From: an uncultured Actinomycetes bacterium
Lineage (GTDB): Bacteria > Actinomycetota > Thermoleophilia > Gaiellales > JALYLC01
Reading direction: 5' to 3'
Length of the DNA: 64,000 nt
NCBI GenBank assembly: GCA_963834415.1
Contig: CAWIBP010000003.1
Coordinates: forward strand, 89,289 to 153,288
Made by a program: the position numbers and the translations under genes. The notes beneath the pieces are model-generated. The model worked only from the letters and a program-made list of their open reading frames with translations. It did not search any database and was not told the origin of the DNA. Positions 10,083-18,449 of this stretch are shown here, piece after piece (positions within the stretch are counted from its first letter, which is position 1; each line of letters begins with the position of its first letter).

Positions 10083-10694
10083 CTAGTGCAGCGCGCGCTC
10101 GCGCAGCGGCGCCGCGGCCAGCGCCGCCGCGAAGCGCTCGCCGTCGAGATCGCGCAGCGGCCGGTCGCCCGCCTCGACTGCGCGATCGTGGAAGAACGGC
10201 ACGTCGAGGTGCCAGGGCGTGACGACGTTGAGCGAGGCCCGCTCGCAGGCCGAGCAGACGACCGCGATGCCCACGCGCTCGTCGCGCCGTGCGGCGAAGC
10301 GGATCTCCGAGGGGAAGAGCGGCTTGCGGCAGCGCTCCTCGGTGCACCAGAAGACCCACGGCCAGTCGCCGCGCCGCACGCGGCTCGCGGCGGCCTCGCG
10401 CAGCTCCTCCCCCGCGCTCCCGGCGATCCGGCCCGTGAGCGGCTCCCAGAACGGCTCGCTCGACGCCGCGCCGACGACGGGGGCATGATCGAGCTCGTCG
10501 TGCGTCAGCAGCGCGTCGTGCGAGCCACCGCACGCGGCGCACTGGTGATGCACGCAGTAGACGGCCGGATGCTGGGCGCCCGGGAGGCGCGTCATGCTGA
10601 CGAACTGCGACAGCGTGACGCCGTAGCGCCGCTCGCCGTCCAGGGTGCGCTCGGGGCAGCGCATGCGGTACTCGGCTCGCAGATGATCGTACAT
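10083..10694 (-). CDS. cysteine-rich hypothetical protein
   Basis: 204-aa in-frame tail of ORF 10083..12224, starting at ATG 10694 (alternative GTG at 10709). Cys clusters CVHHQCAACGG, CTEERC and CSAC. High GC3. No family recognised. Confidence 0.5.
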   Translation of the reverse strand: MYDHLRAEYRMRCPERTLDGERRYGVTLSQFVSMTRLPGAQHPAVYCVHHQCAACGGSHDALLTHDELDHAPVVGAASSEPFWEPLTGRIAGSAGEELREAAASRVRRGDWPWVFWCTEERCRKPLFPSEIRFAARRDERVGIAVVCSACERASLNVVTPWHLDVPFFHDRAVEAGDRPLRDLDGERFAAALAAAPLRERALH

Positions 10695-10736
10695 CGGTCC
10701 ACGGTACACCCGGTTGCGGACGCGGCGAAACCCCGG

Positions 10737-10994
10737 ATGTGCACAATGCCCATGATGGACGCGCCGCGCTGTCCGCGCTGTGGATCGGCTGCTCCGGAGC
10801 TCGCACCCGGGCAGCCGCTCTGCGACGTCTGCTGGGAGGCCCTCCCGTCGCGCATGCGGCGCGCCGTCGCGCGGCTGAAGCCCTCTCGCCAGCAGCGCTT
10901 TGCGACGGGGCAGCTCGAGGTGCAGCCCGCGCCTCGTAAGAAGCGGCCGCGCCGCGACCGCCTCGCGCGCGGCGATCAGCCCTCGGAGGAGTAG
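10737..10994 (+). CDS. small zinc-ribbon-like basic protein (hypothetical)
   Basis: Reads [36 protein letters not shown]... followed by an Arg/Lys-rich tail. It is divergent from 10083..10694 and overlaps the 3' end of apt by 19 nt. Confidence 0.3.
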   Translation: MCTMPMMDAPRCPRCGSAAPELAPGQPLCDVCWEALPSRMRRAVARLKPSRQQRFATGQLEVQPAPRKKRPRRDRLARGDQPSEE

Positions 10995-11509
10995 CTGATC
11001 AGCGCCTCGACCGGGAACGGCGCGAGGCGCTCGCGCCCGCCGAGGAACGCGAGCTCGATCAGGAAGGCGCAGCCCACGACCGTTGCCGCCGATCGCCTCG
11101 CGCGAGGTCGCAGGTGGCGCGGGCGGTGCCGCCGGTCGCGAGCAGATCGTCGTGCACCACGACGCGCATTCCCGTGCCGATCGCGTCCTCGTGCAGCTCC
11201 AGGCTGTCCTCGCCGTACTCGAGCGCGTAGGACGCCGAGACGGTGCGCCACGGCAGCTTGCCGGGCTTGCGCGCGATCGCGAAGCCGATGCCGAGCCGGA
11301 TCGCGAGCGCCGCGCCGAGGATGAAGCCGCGCGACTCGGCGCCGAGCACGATGTCGGGCCGCATCGGCGCGACGCGCTCGGCGAGCGCGTCGACCGCCCG
11401 CGCTCAGCGCCTTCGGGTCGGCGAGCAGCGGCGTGATGTCCTTGAAGACGATCCCGGGCTTGGGAAAGTCGGGCACGTCGCGGATGCGGGACGTCAGGTA
11501 CTCGATCAC
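10976..11509 (-). CDS. apt: adenine phosphoribosyltransferase (compensating frame breaks near 11400 and 11090)
   Basis: N-terminus [35 protein letters not shown]. The middle part (ORF 11059..11364, other frame) reads [38 protein letters not shown]...[14 protein letters not shown], the PRPP motif. C-terminus [19 protein letters not shown]. Confidence 0.8.
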   Translation of the reverse strand: MIEYLTSRIRDVPDFPKPGIVFKDITPLLADPKALSAGGRRARRARRADAARHRARRRVARLHPRRGARDPARHRLRDRAQARQAAVAHRLGVLRARVRRGQPGAARGRDRHGNARRGARRSARDRRHRPRHLRPRARRSAATVVGCAFLIELAFLGGRERLAPFPVEALISYSSEG

Positions 11510-12224
11510 GCGGGGGGAGCCTCGGGGCGGCTCTGCGTCTGGGCCGTCGACGGCACCCGCGAGCTGGCGCAGATCGCGCACGAGCAGCGACTCGGTGAGC
11601 TCGGCGCACAGCCCGGCCAGCTCGTCGAGCTGCTCGAGGCCCGCGCCGACGCGGTCGGGGTTCGACGAGCGCAGCTGCGGTGCGAGCACCTGCTCGACGA
11701 GGCCGGCCTCGCGCTGGATCGCGGAGTGGATCGCGCGCAGGTGGCGCGCGTCGAAGCCGTAGCGCTGCAGGCGTGCCGCAGCCGCCACGATCTGCACGTC
11801 CTCGGGCCGGAAGCGGCCCGCGTCGGCCGCGATCAGCCCGAACTCCTCGAGGCTGCGCGCGAACTCCTCGTTGACGCCGGCCGCGCTGATCAGCTCGCCG
11901 AAGCGCGGGCCGCGTGCGGCACCGGTCGTGACGGGCCGACGACGCGGGCGCTGGCGCGCGCCCTCGGTGGCCTTCTCGAGCTCCTCGCGGATCACCCGCA
12001 GCGGCAGGAACTCGTCGCGCTGCAGGCGCAGGATCGTGCGCAGGCGCTCGACGTCCTCCTGGGAGAACAGCCGGTAGCCGCCGCGCGTCCGCTGCGGGTG
12101 CAGGAGGCCCTGCTCCTCGAGGTAGCGGATCTTGGAGATCGAGATGTCGGGATGCTCGATTCGCAGGGCCGTGCAGACCGCCCCGATCGTGAGGCGGCGC
12201 CCGCTCGCCGGTGTGCGTCACCAT
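11506..12224 (-). CDS. MerR-family transcriptional regulator of the type found next to garA in actinobacteria (frame break near 12185; 3' end reads through into apt as given)
   Basis: Reads MVTHTGERA / [72 protein letters not shown], then a C-terminal domain [13 protein letters not shown]...[15 protein letters not shown]. As given there is no stop before the apt GTG at 11509. A 1-nt change in the C-run at about 11512-11517 would give a TGA at 11506-11508 that overlaps the GTG. Confidence 0.7.
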
Positions 12225-12231
12225 CTCGCCC

Positions 12232-12688
12232 TCACCGCTCGAGGTACGTCAGCTTGAATTTCCCGATCTGCAGCTCGTCGCCATCGGTCAGGTGGTGCGA
12301 CTCGACGCGGCGGCGGTTGACGTACGTGCCGTTGAGCGAGTCGGCGTCCTCGATGTAGAAGCCGTCGGGCCGTCGCACGACCCGCGCGTGCTCGCGCGAG
12401 ACCGTGATGTCGTCGAGCAGGATGTCCGCGCCCTCGGAGCGGCCGATCGTGACGCGCGAGTCGCCCAGCAGGAAGTGCTCGCCGGCGCGATCGCCGCGCG
12501 CGGACGACGAGCGCCGGGCCGCCTGCCTGGACGTCGCCCACCGTTGTCGCGGCGGTGTCGGACTCGTGCTCGAGCGCGAACGACATCGTCGTCTGCGTCG
12601 AGCCGGCCTCGCTCAGCAGCAGGCCGCCGCAGCGCGCGCAGTAATGCGCCGCCTCGGGGTTCTGCATGCCGCACTCGGGGCAGTACAT
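12232..12688 (-). CDS. zinc-ribbon plus FHA-domain protein (GarA/OdhI-like; frame break near 12500)
   Basis: Reads MYCPECGMQNPEAAHYCARCGG, then a TQTT segment. After the break it reads GDRAGEHFLLGDSRVTIGRSEGADILLDDITVSREHARVVRRPDGFYIEDADSLNGTYVNRRRVESHHLTDGDELQIGKFKLTYLER, a canonical FHA domain. Confidence 0.75.
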
Positions 12689-12695
12689 GCGTGCG

Positions 12696-13241
12696 TCAGT
12701 CGAGCCGCTCGAGCTCGGCGGGCAGCTCGAGCGGCGGCCCGCGATGCGCGAGGATCTCCGAGAGCTGCTCGACGTCGCTCGCGGCGAGGTGCTCGGATGC
12801 CTCCCCGTCGCGTTCGCGCAGACGCGCCGTGATCTCGGCGCGCAGTAGATCGATGTGCCCGTGCAGGATGCGGCGCTTGAAGGAGACCTCGCGCTCGCTC
12901 TGCGTGCGCGCATGGATGCGCTCGCGCAGGTCGTCGTCGGCCAGCTGCCCGGCATCGTCGGCGTCGCCGTCGGTGGGCAGGAGCTCATCGTCGGCCAGCA
13001 CGCTCAGCTCCTCGGGCCGCTGTGCCAGCAGCCCGCCGGAGATGATGGCCGGGTCGACCTCGAAGGAGCCGTGGATCTGGCGCTCCTTGAGACGCCGGGT
13101 GTGCTCGGCGCGCAGCAGGTCGATACGGCCGTGGAGCTCGCGGCGCAGCCGCGAGACATCACGCTCGTCCGCCATCTTCTCCTCCGTGAGCGCTTTCAGC
13201 TCGGCGTCGGAGAGTGCGGCGAGGTCGGGAAAGGCCTCCAC
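12696..13241 (-). CDS. RsiG-like coiled-coil protein with two E-x3-S-x2-R-x3-H-x3-D motifs (candidate c-di-GMP-dependent anti-sigma factor)
   Basis: Intact ORF. A GTG at 13241 follows the pgsA stop; the ORF track begins at 13304. There are two internally homologous helices: ERDVSRLRRELHGRIDLLRAE (13119-13166 covers E..D) and EREVSFKRRILHGHIDLLRAE (12849-12896). They are separated by an acidic linker. Confidence 0.6.
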   Translation of the reverse strand: MEAFPDLAALSDAELKALTEEKMADERDVSRLRRELHGRIDLLRAEHTRRLKERQIHGSFEVDPAIISGGLLAQRPEELSVLADDELLPTDGDADDAGQLADDDLRERIHARTQSEREVSFKRRILHGHIDLLRAEITARLRERDGEASEHLAASDVEQLSEILAHRGPPLELPAELERLD

Positions 13242-13251
13242 GAGGACCAGT

Positions 13252-13844
13252 CTAGCCGTTTTGCGGACCTTCCACCTGGGGTTGAGGTTGAGGAGCCCGC
13301 GCACGCGCCCGTACGCTCACGAGATAGACGACTCCTGCGGCCAGCGAGAGCGCCAGGCCGGCCCAGAAGAGCACGGGCGGCCACGATGCGCTGCGCGGCA
13401 TGAGAAGCATCATCCCGAGTCCGACCATCAGCGCGGCGGTCGCCGTCTTGCCGAGGTAGACGACCGAGAGCTCGTAGCCGTGGCGCGCGGCGCTGCCGAT
13501 GCCGAACGCGAGCACGACGTCGCGGCCCGAGGATCAGCGCCGGTGCGAGCAGCGGCAGCCGCCCGTGGTGCCACAGCAGGATCACCGCCGAGTCGATCAG
13601 CAGCCGATCCGCGAGCGGATCCGCGAGCCGCCCGAAGCGCGAGAAGCTGCCGTAGCGACGGGCGAGCCAGCCGTCGAACCAGTCGGTCAGCGAGGCCACG
13701 CCGAAGATCACGAATGCGAGCGCCGAGCGGCCGCCGTGCGCCTCGAGCATGACCCACCAGAACACCGGGATGGCCGCGAGGCGCGCGAGCGTGAGCGCGT
13801 TCGGCAGCCGCGCGAGCCAGCTGATGCGGGGCCGGTTCGGACAT
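13252..13844 (-). CDS. pgsA: CDP-alcohol phosphatidyltransferase (phosphatidylglycerophosphate synthase-like; frame breaks near 13815 and 13530)
   Basis: Reads MSEPAPHQL / [21 protein letters not shown]...[35 protein letters not shown] (the D-G-x2-A-R...G-x3-D-x3-D motif), then / [36 protein letters not shown]. Confidence 0.75.
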
Positions 13845-13861
13845 TCGCCTGCGGATGGTAC

Positions 13862-15049
13862 CTAGCTGGAGCCGGCCGGCCAGGGCCGCAGCAGACGCGC
13901 GTCGACCTCGCTGCCGGGCGGCAGCACGCCGTTCTCGAGCTTGACGCACAGCAGCGCGTGCGCTCCGGCCAGGCCGCGCAGGGCGCCGCCCTTGCGGCTC
14001 TGCGGCAGCGCCAGCGGGAGGTCGTCGCCCGCGCGCAGGACGAGCGGCACGTAGGCCTCGATCCCGCGCCGCGCGCGCACCTCGCCTTCGAGCCGCACGC
14101 GGATCAGCGGGGCGTCCTCGGGCAGCGCGCCGAGCAGCAGCTCGAGCAGCGGCCGGGCGAAGCGCTCGAACGCCATCGCGGCAGCGACGGGATAGCCGGG
14201 GATGCCGATCACGGGCGTCCCCTCCACCACGCCGAGCGCGACCGGGTGCGCGGGCCGCAGCGCGACCCCGTGGGCGACGAGCTCGCCGCGCGCCTCGAGC
14301 ACCGCGGCCGTGTGGTCGGCGCGGCCGCGCGAGGAGCCCGCGACCAGCAGGATGAGGTCGCTGCGCGCGCTCGCGGCGACGACGGCGGCGCCGATCGCCG
14401 CGGCATCGTCGCGACACGCGGGCAGGCGCTCGCAGAGCGCGCCCGCGCCGCGCGCGAGCGCCTGCAGCATCGGGCCGTCGGCATCGGCGACCTCGCCGGG
14501 CAGCAAGACGGTGCCCGGGTCGCGCAGCTCGTCGCCCGTCGGCAGCACGGCGACCGCCGGGCGGCGTGCCACGTCGAGCTCCGCGTGGCCGGCCACGGCC
14601 GCGAGCGCGATGTCGTAGCCCGAGAGCAGGCGGCCGGCCGGCAGCAGCGCATCGCCCGCGCGCACGTCCTCGCCGGCCGCGCGGACGTTGTGGCCCGGCT
14701 CGAGCGGACGCTCGACGTGCAGGCCGGCGGCGTCCTCCCGTGCGATCTCGACCTGCGCGACCGCGTCGAAGCGATCGTCGATCGGCTGGCCGGTGTCGAT
14801 GCGCAGGTAGGCCCCCGCGGGGAGCGGGCCCGCGAGCGCCTCGGCGGCGACGATCGCGTAGCCGTCCATCGCCGCGCAGCGATGCGGCGGGTTGGCGGCG
14901 CGCGCGATCAGGGGCACGCCGAGCACACGACCCGCCGCGGCGTCCAGCGGCACGCGCTCGGCCGCCAGCGGCGTCGCCCAGCCGGCGCCCGCGAGCGCGG
15001 CGATCCAGGCGTCGAACGCCGCTCCGGGCTCGGCTCCCCGCAGCGTCAT
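13862..15049 (-). CDS. moeA: molybdopterin molybdenumtransferase MoeA
   Basis: Intact 396-aa reading from ATG 15049 (MTLRGAEPG...). MoeA signatures [34 protein letters not shown] and [14 protein letters not shown] overlap with the fdhD stop. Confidence 0.85.
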   Translation of the reverse strand: MTLRGAEPGAAFDAWIAALAGAGWATPLAAERVPLDAAAGRVLGVPLIARAANPPHRCAAMDGYAIVAAEALAGPLPAGAYLRIDTGQPIDDRFDAVAQVEIAREDAAGLHVERPLEPGHNVRAAGEDVRAGDALLPAGRLLSGYDIALAAVAGHAELDVARRPAVAVLPTGDELRDPGTVLLPGEVADADGPMLQALARGAGALCERLPACRDDAAAIGAAVVAASARSDLILLVAGSSRGRADHTAAVLEARGELVAHGVALRPAHPVALGVVEGTPVIGIPGYPVAAAMAFERFARPLLELLLGALPEDAPLIRVRLEGEVRARRGIEAYVPLVLRAGDDLPLALPQSRKGGALRGLAGAHALLCVKLENGVLPPGSEVDARLLRPWPAGSS

Positions 15050-15907
15050 GCGGGCGCGAGTGCGACCCGCGCGGCTCCCGAGTACACGTTGAAGCGCCCG
15101 TCGCGCACGAAGCCGACCAGCGTGAGGCCGAGCCTGCGTGCCGCGTCGACCGCGAGGCTCGACGGCGCGCCGACGGCGCAGAGCACCGGGATGCCGGCCA
15201 CCGCGGCCTTCTGCACCAGCTCGAACGACGCGCGACCCGAGACCAGCGCCACGCGAGCTGCCGAGCGGCGTCGCGCCGTCCAGCATGCGGTTGCCGATGA
15301 CCTTGTCGAGCGCGTTGTGGCGGCCGACGTCCTCGCGCACGAGCACGCAGCTCGCCCGTCGGCGTGAACAGCCCCGTGGCGTGCAGCCCGCCGGTGCGCT
15401 CGAACGTGCGCTGCGCCGCGCGCAGCCGCTCGGGCAGGTCGGCGATCACGCGCGGCCTCGACCTGCGGGCCCTCCGGCAGCGGCGCGCGAGGCGACCTCG
15501 ATCGAGTCGATCGAGGCCTTGCCGCACACGCCGCAGGCCGACGTCACGCCGAAGTTGCGCTGCACGAGCTCGGCCTCGAACGGCCGCCGCAGGTGCACGG
15601 TGACGACGTTGTAGGCCTGCTCGCCGAGCTCGACATCGGTGCAGTACTTGATCTCGTGCAGCTCGCGCGGCGTCGCCAGCAGGCCCTCCGAGTGGAGGAA
15701 GCCCGCGGCGAGCTCGAAGTCGTGCCCGGGCGTGCGCATGGTGACCGCGACGCGCACCGCCTCCTGGCCGGGCCCGGCGGCGCGGATCTCGAGCGGCTCC
15801 TCGCCCGCGAGCCGGTCGCGCCGCTCCTTCCCCACTCCGTGCTCGACGGCGAGGACGCGCGTGTCGACGGACGCGCCGCGGAGCGGCGGTCGCTCAGTCG
15901 CAGCCAT
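15046..15907 (-). CDS. fdhD: formate dehydrogenase accessory sulfurtransferase FdhD (about three frame breaks, near 15480, 15350 and 15270)
   Basis: ATG at 15907, preceded by GGAAGGAG. Fragments: MAATERPP...[22 protein letters not shown]...[17 protein letters not shown]; [12 protein letters not shown]; [15 protein letters not shown]; [55 protein letters not shown]. Confidence 0.75.
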
Positions 15908-15970
15908 GCTGGCTCCTTCCTGCAAGACGCCCTATTCGTAGCATGCAACGGTCGTGCCCGCCCGTCGTCA

Positions 15971-17056
15971 TCATGCGCGCGCGGCGAGCGCGGCGAGCGC
16001 CGCCTCGGTCTCGCGGACGAGGCGCGCGACGATCGCACCCGCGGGCTCGCGCTCGCGGCTGAGAGCGGCGCCCTCCCCCGCGAGCATCGGCAGCAGGTCG
16101 GCGCGGTTCTGCTCGGCCGCCGCGCGGCGCAGGTCGGCGACGAGCGGCGCCTGGCGGCCCCAGCCGAGCGTTCCGGCCCCGGCCTCGACGAGCGCATCGA
16201 GGAGCCGGTTGCGCACCCAGCGCGCGGGGCGCCCGGTGATCACGTCGGTCACGACCGTGCGCTCGGCCGGCGTCGCCGGCAGCGTCGCGACGTAGGCCTC
16301 GGAGAGATTGCTCTCGGCGCTCGCCAGGAAGCGCGTCCCGAGCGAGACGCCCTGGGCGCCGAGCGCGAGCGCAGCGACGATGCCGCGCCCGTCCATGATG
16401 CCGCCCGAGGCGACGACCGGGATCGCGGGCCCGACGGCGTCGACGATCTGCGGGACGAGCGCGATCGTGCCGCCGCCGGCCGACGGCGCCGCGCCGCCGC
16501 TGAAGCCGCCGCGGTGCCCGCCCGCCTCGCGACCCTGCGCGATCACGCCGCCGGCGCCGGCGGCGACGGCGCTGCGGGCCTCGCCGACCGTCGTGACCAT
16601 GGCGAGCAGGGTCGCGTCTGCCGCGCGCGTGGCCGCCACGATCGGCGCCGGGTCGTCGAACGTCGTCACGACGGCGGCACCGGCCGCGAGCGCGGCCTCG
16701 ATCAGCGCGACCGGCGAGGCGGGCGCCGGCGGCTCCGGCGGCTCGTCGGGGAGCCCGAGCTCGCGGCGGAACGGCAGCATCGCGGCGAGGATGCGCTCGC
16801 GCTCGCCCGTCGCGGGCGTCGTGGCGGCGAGCTGCGCGTTGACGCCGAGCGGGCCGTCGGTCAGCTCGCGGGCGCGCGCGACGGCGCGCTCGATCGAGTC
16901 GGTCGTCATGCCGGACGCGCCGAAGACCCCGAGCCCGCCCGCGTTCGTCACCGCCGCCACCACCTCGGGCGTGCCGGGCCCGCCCGCCATGCCCGCGAGC
17001 AGGATCGGCACGCGGATGCCCACGAGCTCGCAGAGCGGTGTGCGGAGGTTGCTCAT
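15971..17056 (-). CDS. nitronate monooxygenase / FabK-like NAD(P)H-dependent flavin oxidoreductase
   Basis: Intact 361-aa reading from ATG 17056. Reads MSNLRTPLCELVGIRVPILLAGMAGG...GVIAQGREAGGHRGG...VVASGGIMDGRGIVAALALGAQGVSLGTRFL. Confidence 0.85.
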   Translation of the reverse strand: MSNLRTPLCELVGIRVPILLAGMAGGPGTPEVVAAVTNAGGLGVFGASGMTTDSIERAVARARELTDGPLGVNAQLAATTPATGERERILAAMLPFRRELGLPDEPPEPPAPASPVALIEAALAAGAAVVTTFDDPAPIVAATRAADATLLAMVTTVGEARSAVAAGAGGVIAQGREAGGHRGGFSGGAAPSAGGGTIALVPQIVDAVGPAIPVVASGGIMDGRGIVAALALGAQGVSLGTRFLASAESNLSEAYVATLPATPAERTVVTDVITGRPARWVRNRLLDALVEAGAGTLGWGRQAPLVADLRRAAAEQNRADLLPMLAGEGAALSREREPAGAIVARLVRETEAALAALAARA

Positions 17057-17415
17057 GCGGTGCTCGACTCGGCCCAGATGTCGATGCCGTCGTCGGTTGC
17101 GTGGAGATCGATCTCGGCGAGCTCTTCGGCGCTGAACCCGAGCCCGCCGAGCGCTCCGAGATCGGCCTCGAGCTGCGCGACGCTGCTGGCGCCGGTCAGC
17201 GTCGAGGTCACGCGCGGGTCGCGCAGCGTCCAGGCGATCGCCAGCTGTGCGAGCGTCTGCCCGCGGCGGACGATCGCGCGGCTCGTCTCGAGCGGCCGGT
17301 CGGCGCCGAAGTTCTGCCACAGCCCGAGCGCGACGGCGGGCAGCAGCAGGCCGCTGCGGCGGGAGCGCCGGTACGGCATGCGTTCGTAGCGATCGGCGGC
17401 GGGCACGGAGGTCAT
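17053..17415 (-). pseudogene. aldo-keto reductase remnant (YghZ-like N- and C-termini joined in frame; TIM-barrel core missing)
   Basis: 120-aa ORF. Residues 1-51 (MTSVPAADRYERMPYRRSRRSGLLLPAVALGLWQNFGADRPLETSRAIVRR) match the AKR N-terminus. Residues 52-120 (GQTLAQLAIAWTLRDPRVTSTLTGASSVAQLEADLGALGGLGFSAEELAEIDLH...IWAESS) match the AKR C-terminus. About 200 or more intervening residues expected in the family are absent. The junction is near 17260. Confidence 0.65.
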
Positions 17416-17724
17416 GCACGGCTCCTCGGAGCGCGGGGAGAGACCATCCGACGATACGTCGTCGCGGCGCGCGCGGTCGCGCGTACCCGTCCGAGCCGGC
17501 GGGGCGCGGCGGACGGGAGCTCCGCGCGCCCCGCCGGAGCGGGTAGACGTCGTCGAGTGCGGCGAGGGCCGGGCATCGACGCGGGCGCCACTATCCCACG
17601 GGTGCGCGCGTCCGAACAGCTCCTCGAACGGCTAGCTCGGCGCACGGCCGCTCCCGGAGGCATGGTCATCGACCCCTTCGCGCTCACGTTCGCCGAGGCC
17701 GGCGCGCGCGGCTGAGCGGAAGGC

Positions 17725-18279
17725 CTAGGCCCCCGGGCGGCGGTCGCGCTCGGCGGCGAGCGCGCCCGGCCCGGCGACGATCTGCGCGCGCACCACGGTC
17801 ACGCCGGGGCGCGCGCCCACGAGCTGTCGCGCGCGGCTGAGCTCGGTCTTGGCCTGGAGCTGGTCGATGCGGGCGCTGACGTCGCGCAGGCGCTGCAGCT
17901 CGTCGCGATGTGCGTGCAGGCGCTCGGCCGAGTCGATGCTCGCGATGCCGGCCGCGCGGGTCGCGTGGAACGGCACGATCGTCTGCACCTTCGCGACCTC
18001 GAGCATGCGGCGCACGACGTGGGCCCGGCCGGGCACGACGAGCTCGAGCGCTCCGTCGCCTGCCCGCAGGCGCTGGGCGGCGCGCACGAGCGCGCTGCTC
18101 AGAGAGGCCTCGATGAAGGTGCACTCCGAGAGATCGACGAGCACGTTGCGATAGGCCGCTGCCTCGACGAGGGTCGCCGACAGCGCGGGCTTCGACGAGA
18201 CGTCGTGCTCTCCCCGCAGGACGATGATGCAGGCGGTCTCGGAGTGGATCTCGATGTCGATTGCATGCGACCGCGCCAT
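17725..18279 (-). CDS. STAS-domain protein (anti-sigma-factor-antagonist fold) with about 70-aa coiled-coil C-terminal extension, paralogue 1
   Basis: ATG at 18279 with CGGAG 7 nt upstream. Reads MARSHAIDIEIHSETACIIVLRGEHDVSSKPAL...VLVDLSECTFIEASLSSALV...GALELVVPGRAHVVRRMLEVAKVQTIVPFHAT, then a tail HAHRDELQRLRDVSARIDQLQAKTELSRARQL...GVTVVRAQ. Confidence 0.7.
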   Translation of the reverse strand: MARSHAIDIEIHSETACIIVLRGEHDVSSKPALSATLVEAAAYRNVLVDLSECTFIEASLSSALVRAAQRLRAGDGALELVVPGRAHVVRRMLEVAKVQTIVPFHATRAAGIASIDSAERLHAHRDELQRLRDVSARIDQLQAKTELSRARQLVGARPGVTVVRAQIVAGPGALAAERDRRPGA

Positions 18280-18449
18280 GACGTGCTCCGGTTCTCGGGC
18301 GATGTCCCGAGGGTGCGCTGCGTGCGCCCTCGAGCTGTGCGTTGTGGCGGCGGCTCCACGTGGGGCTGGTGTCGTGGATATCGGCCAGCACGGCCGGCGC
18401 GACTCCCCCCTCCGGGCGAATCGGCACCCCCCGTCCCAGGGAGCTCCGG

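Noticed and set aside
10083-12224. A 713-aa minus-strand ORF suggesting one large protein.
   Set aside because: It is a composite. Only the last 204 codons are coherent (the Cys-rich protein). Upstream it is out of frame relative to apt and the MerR gene.
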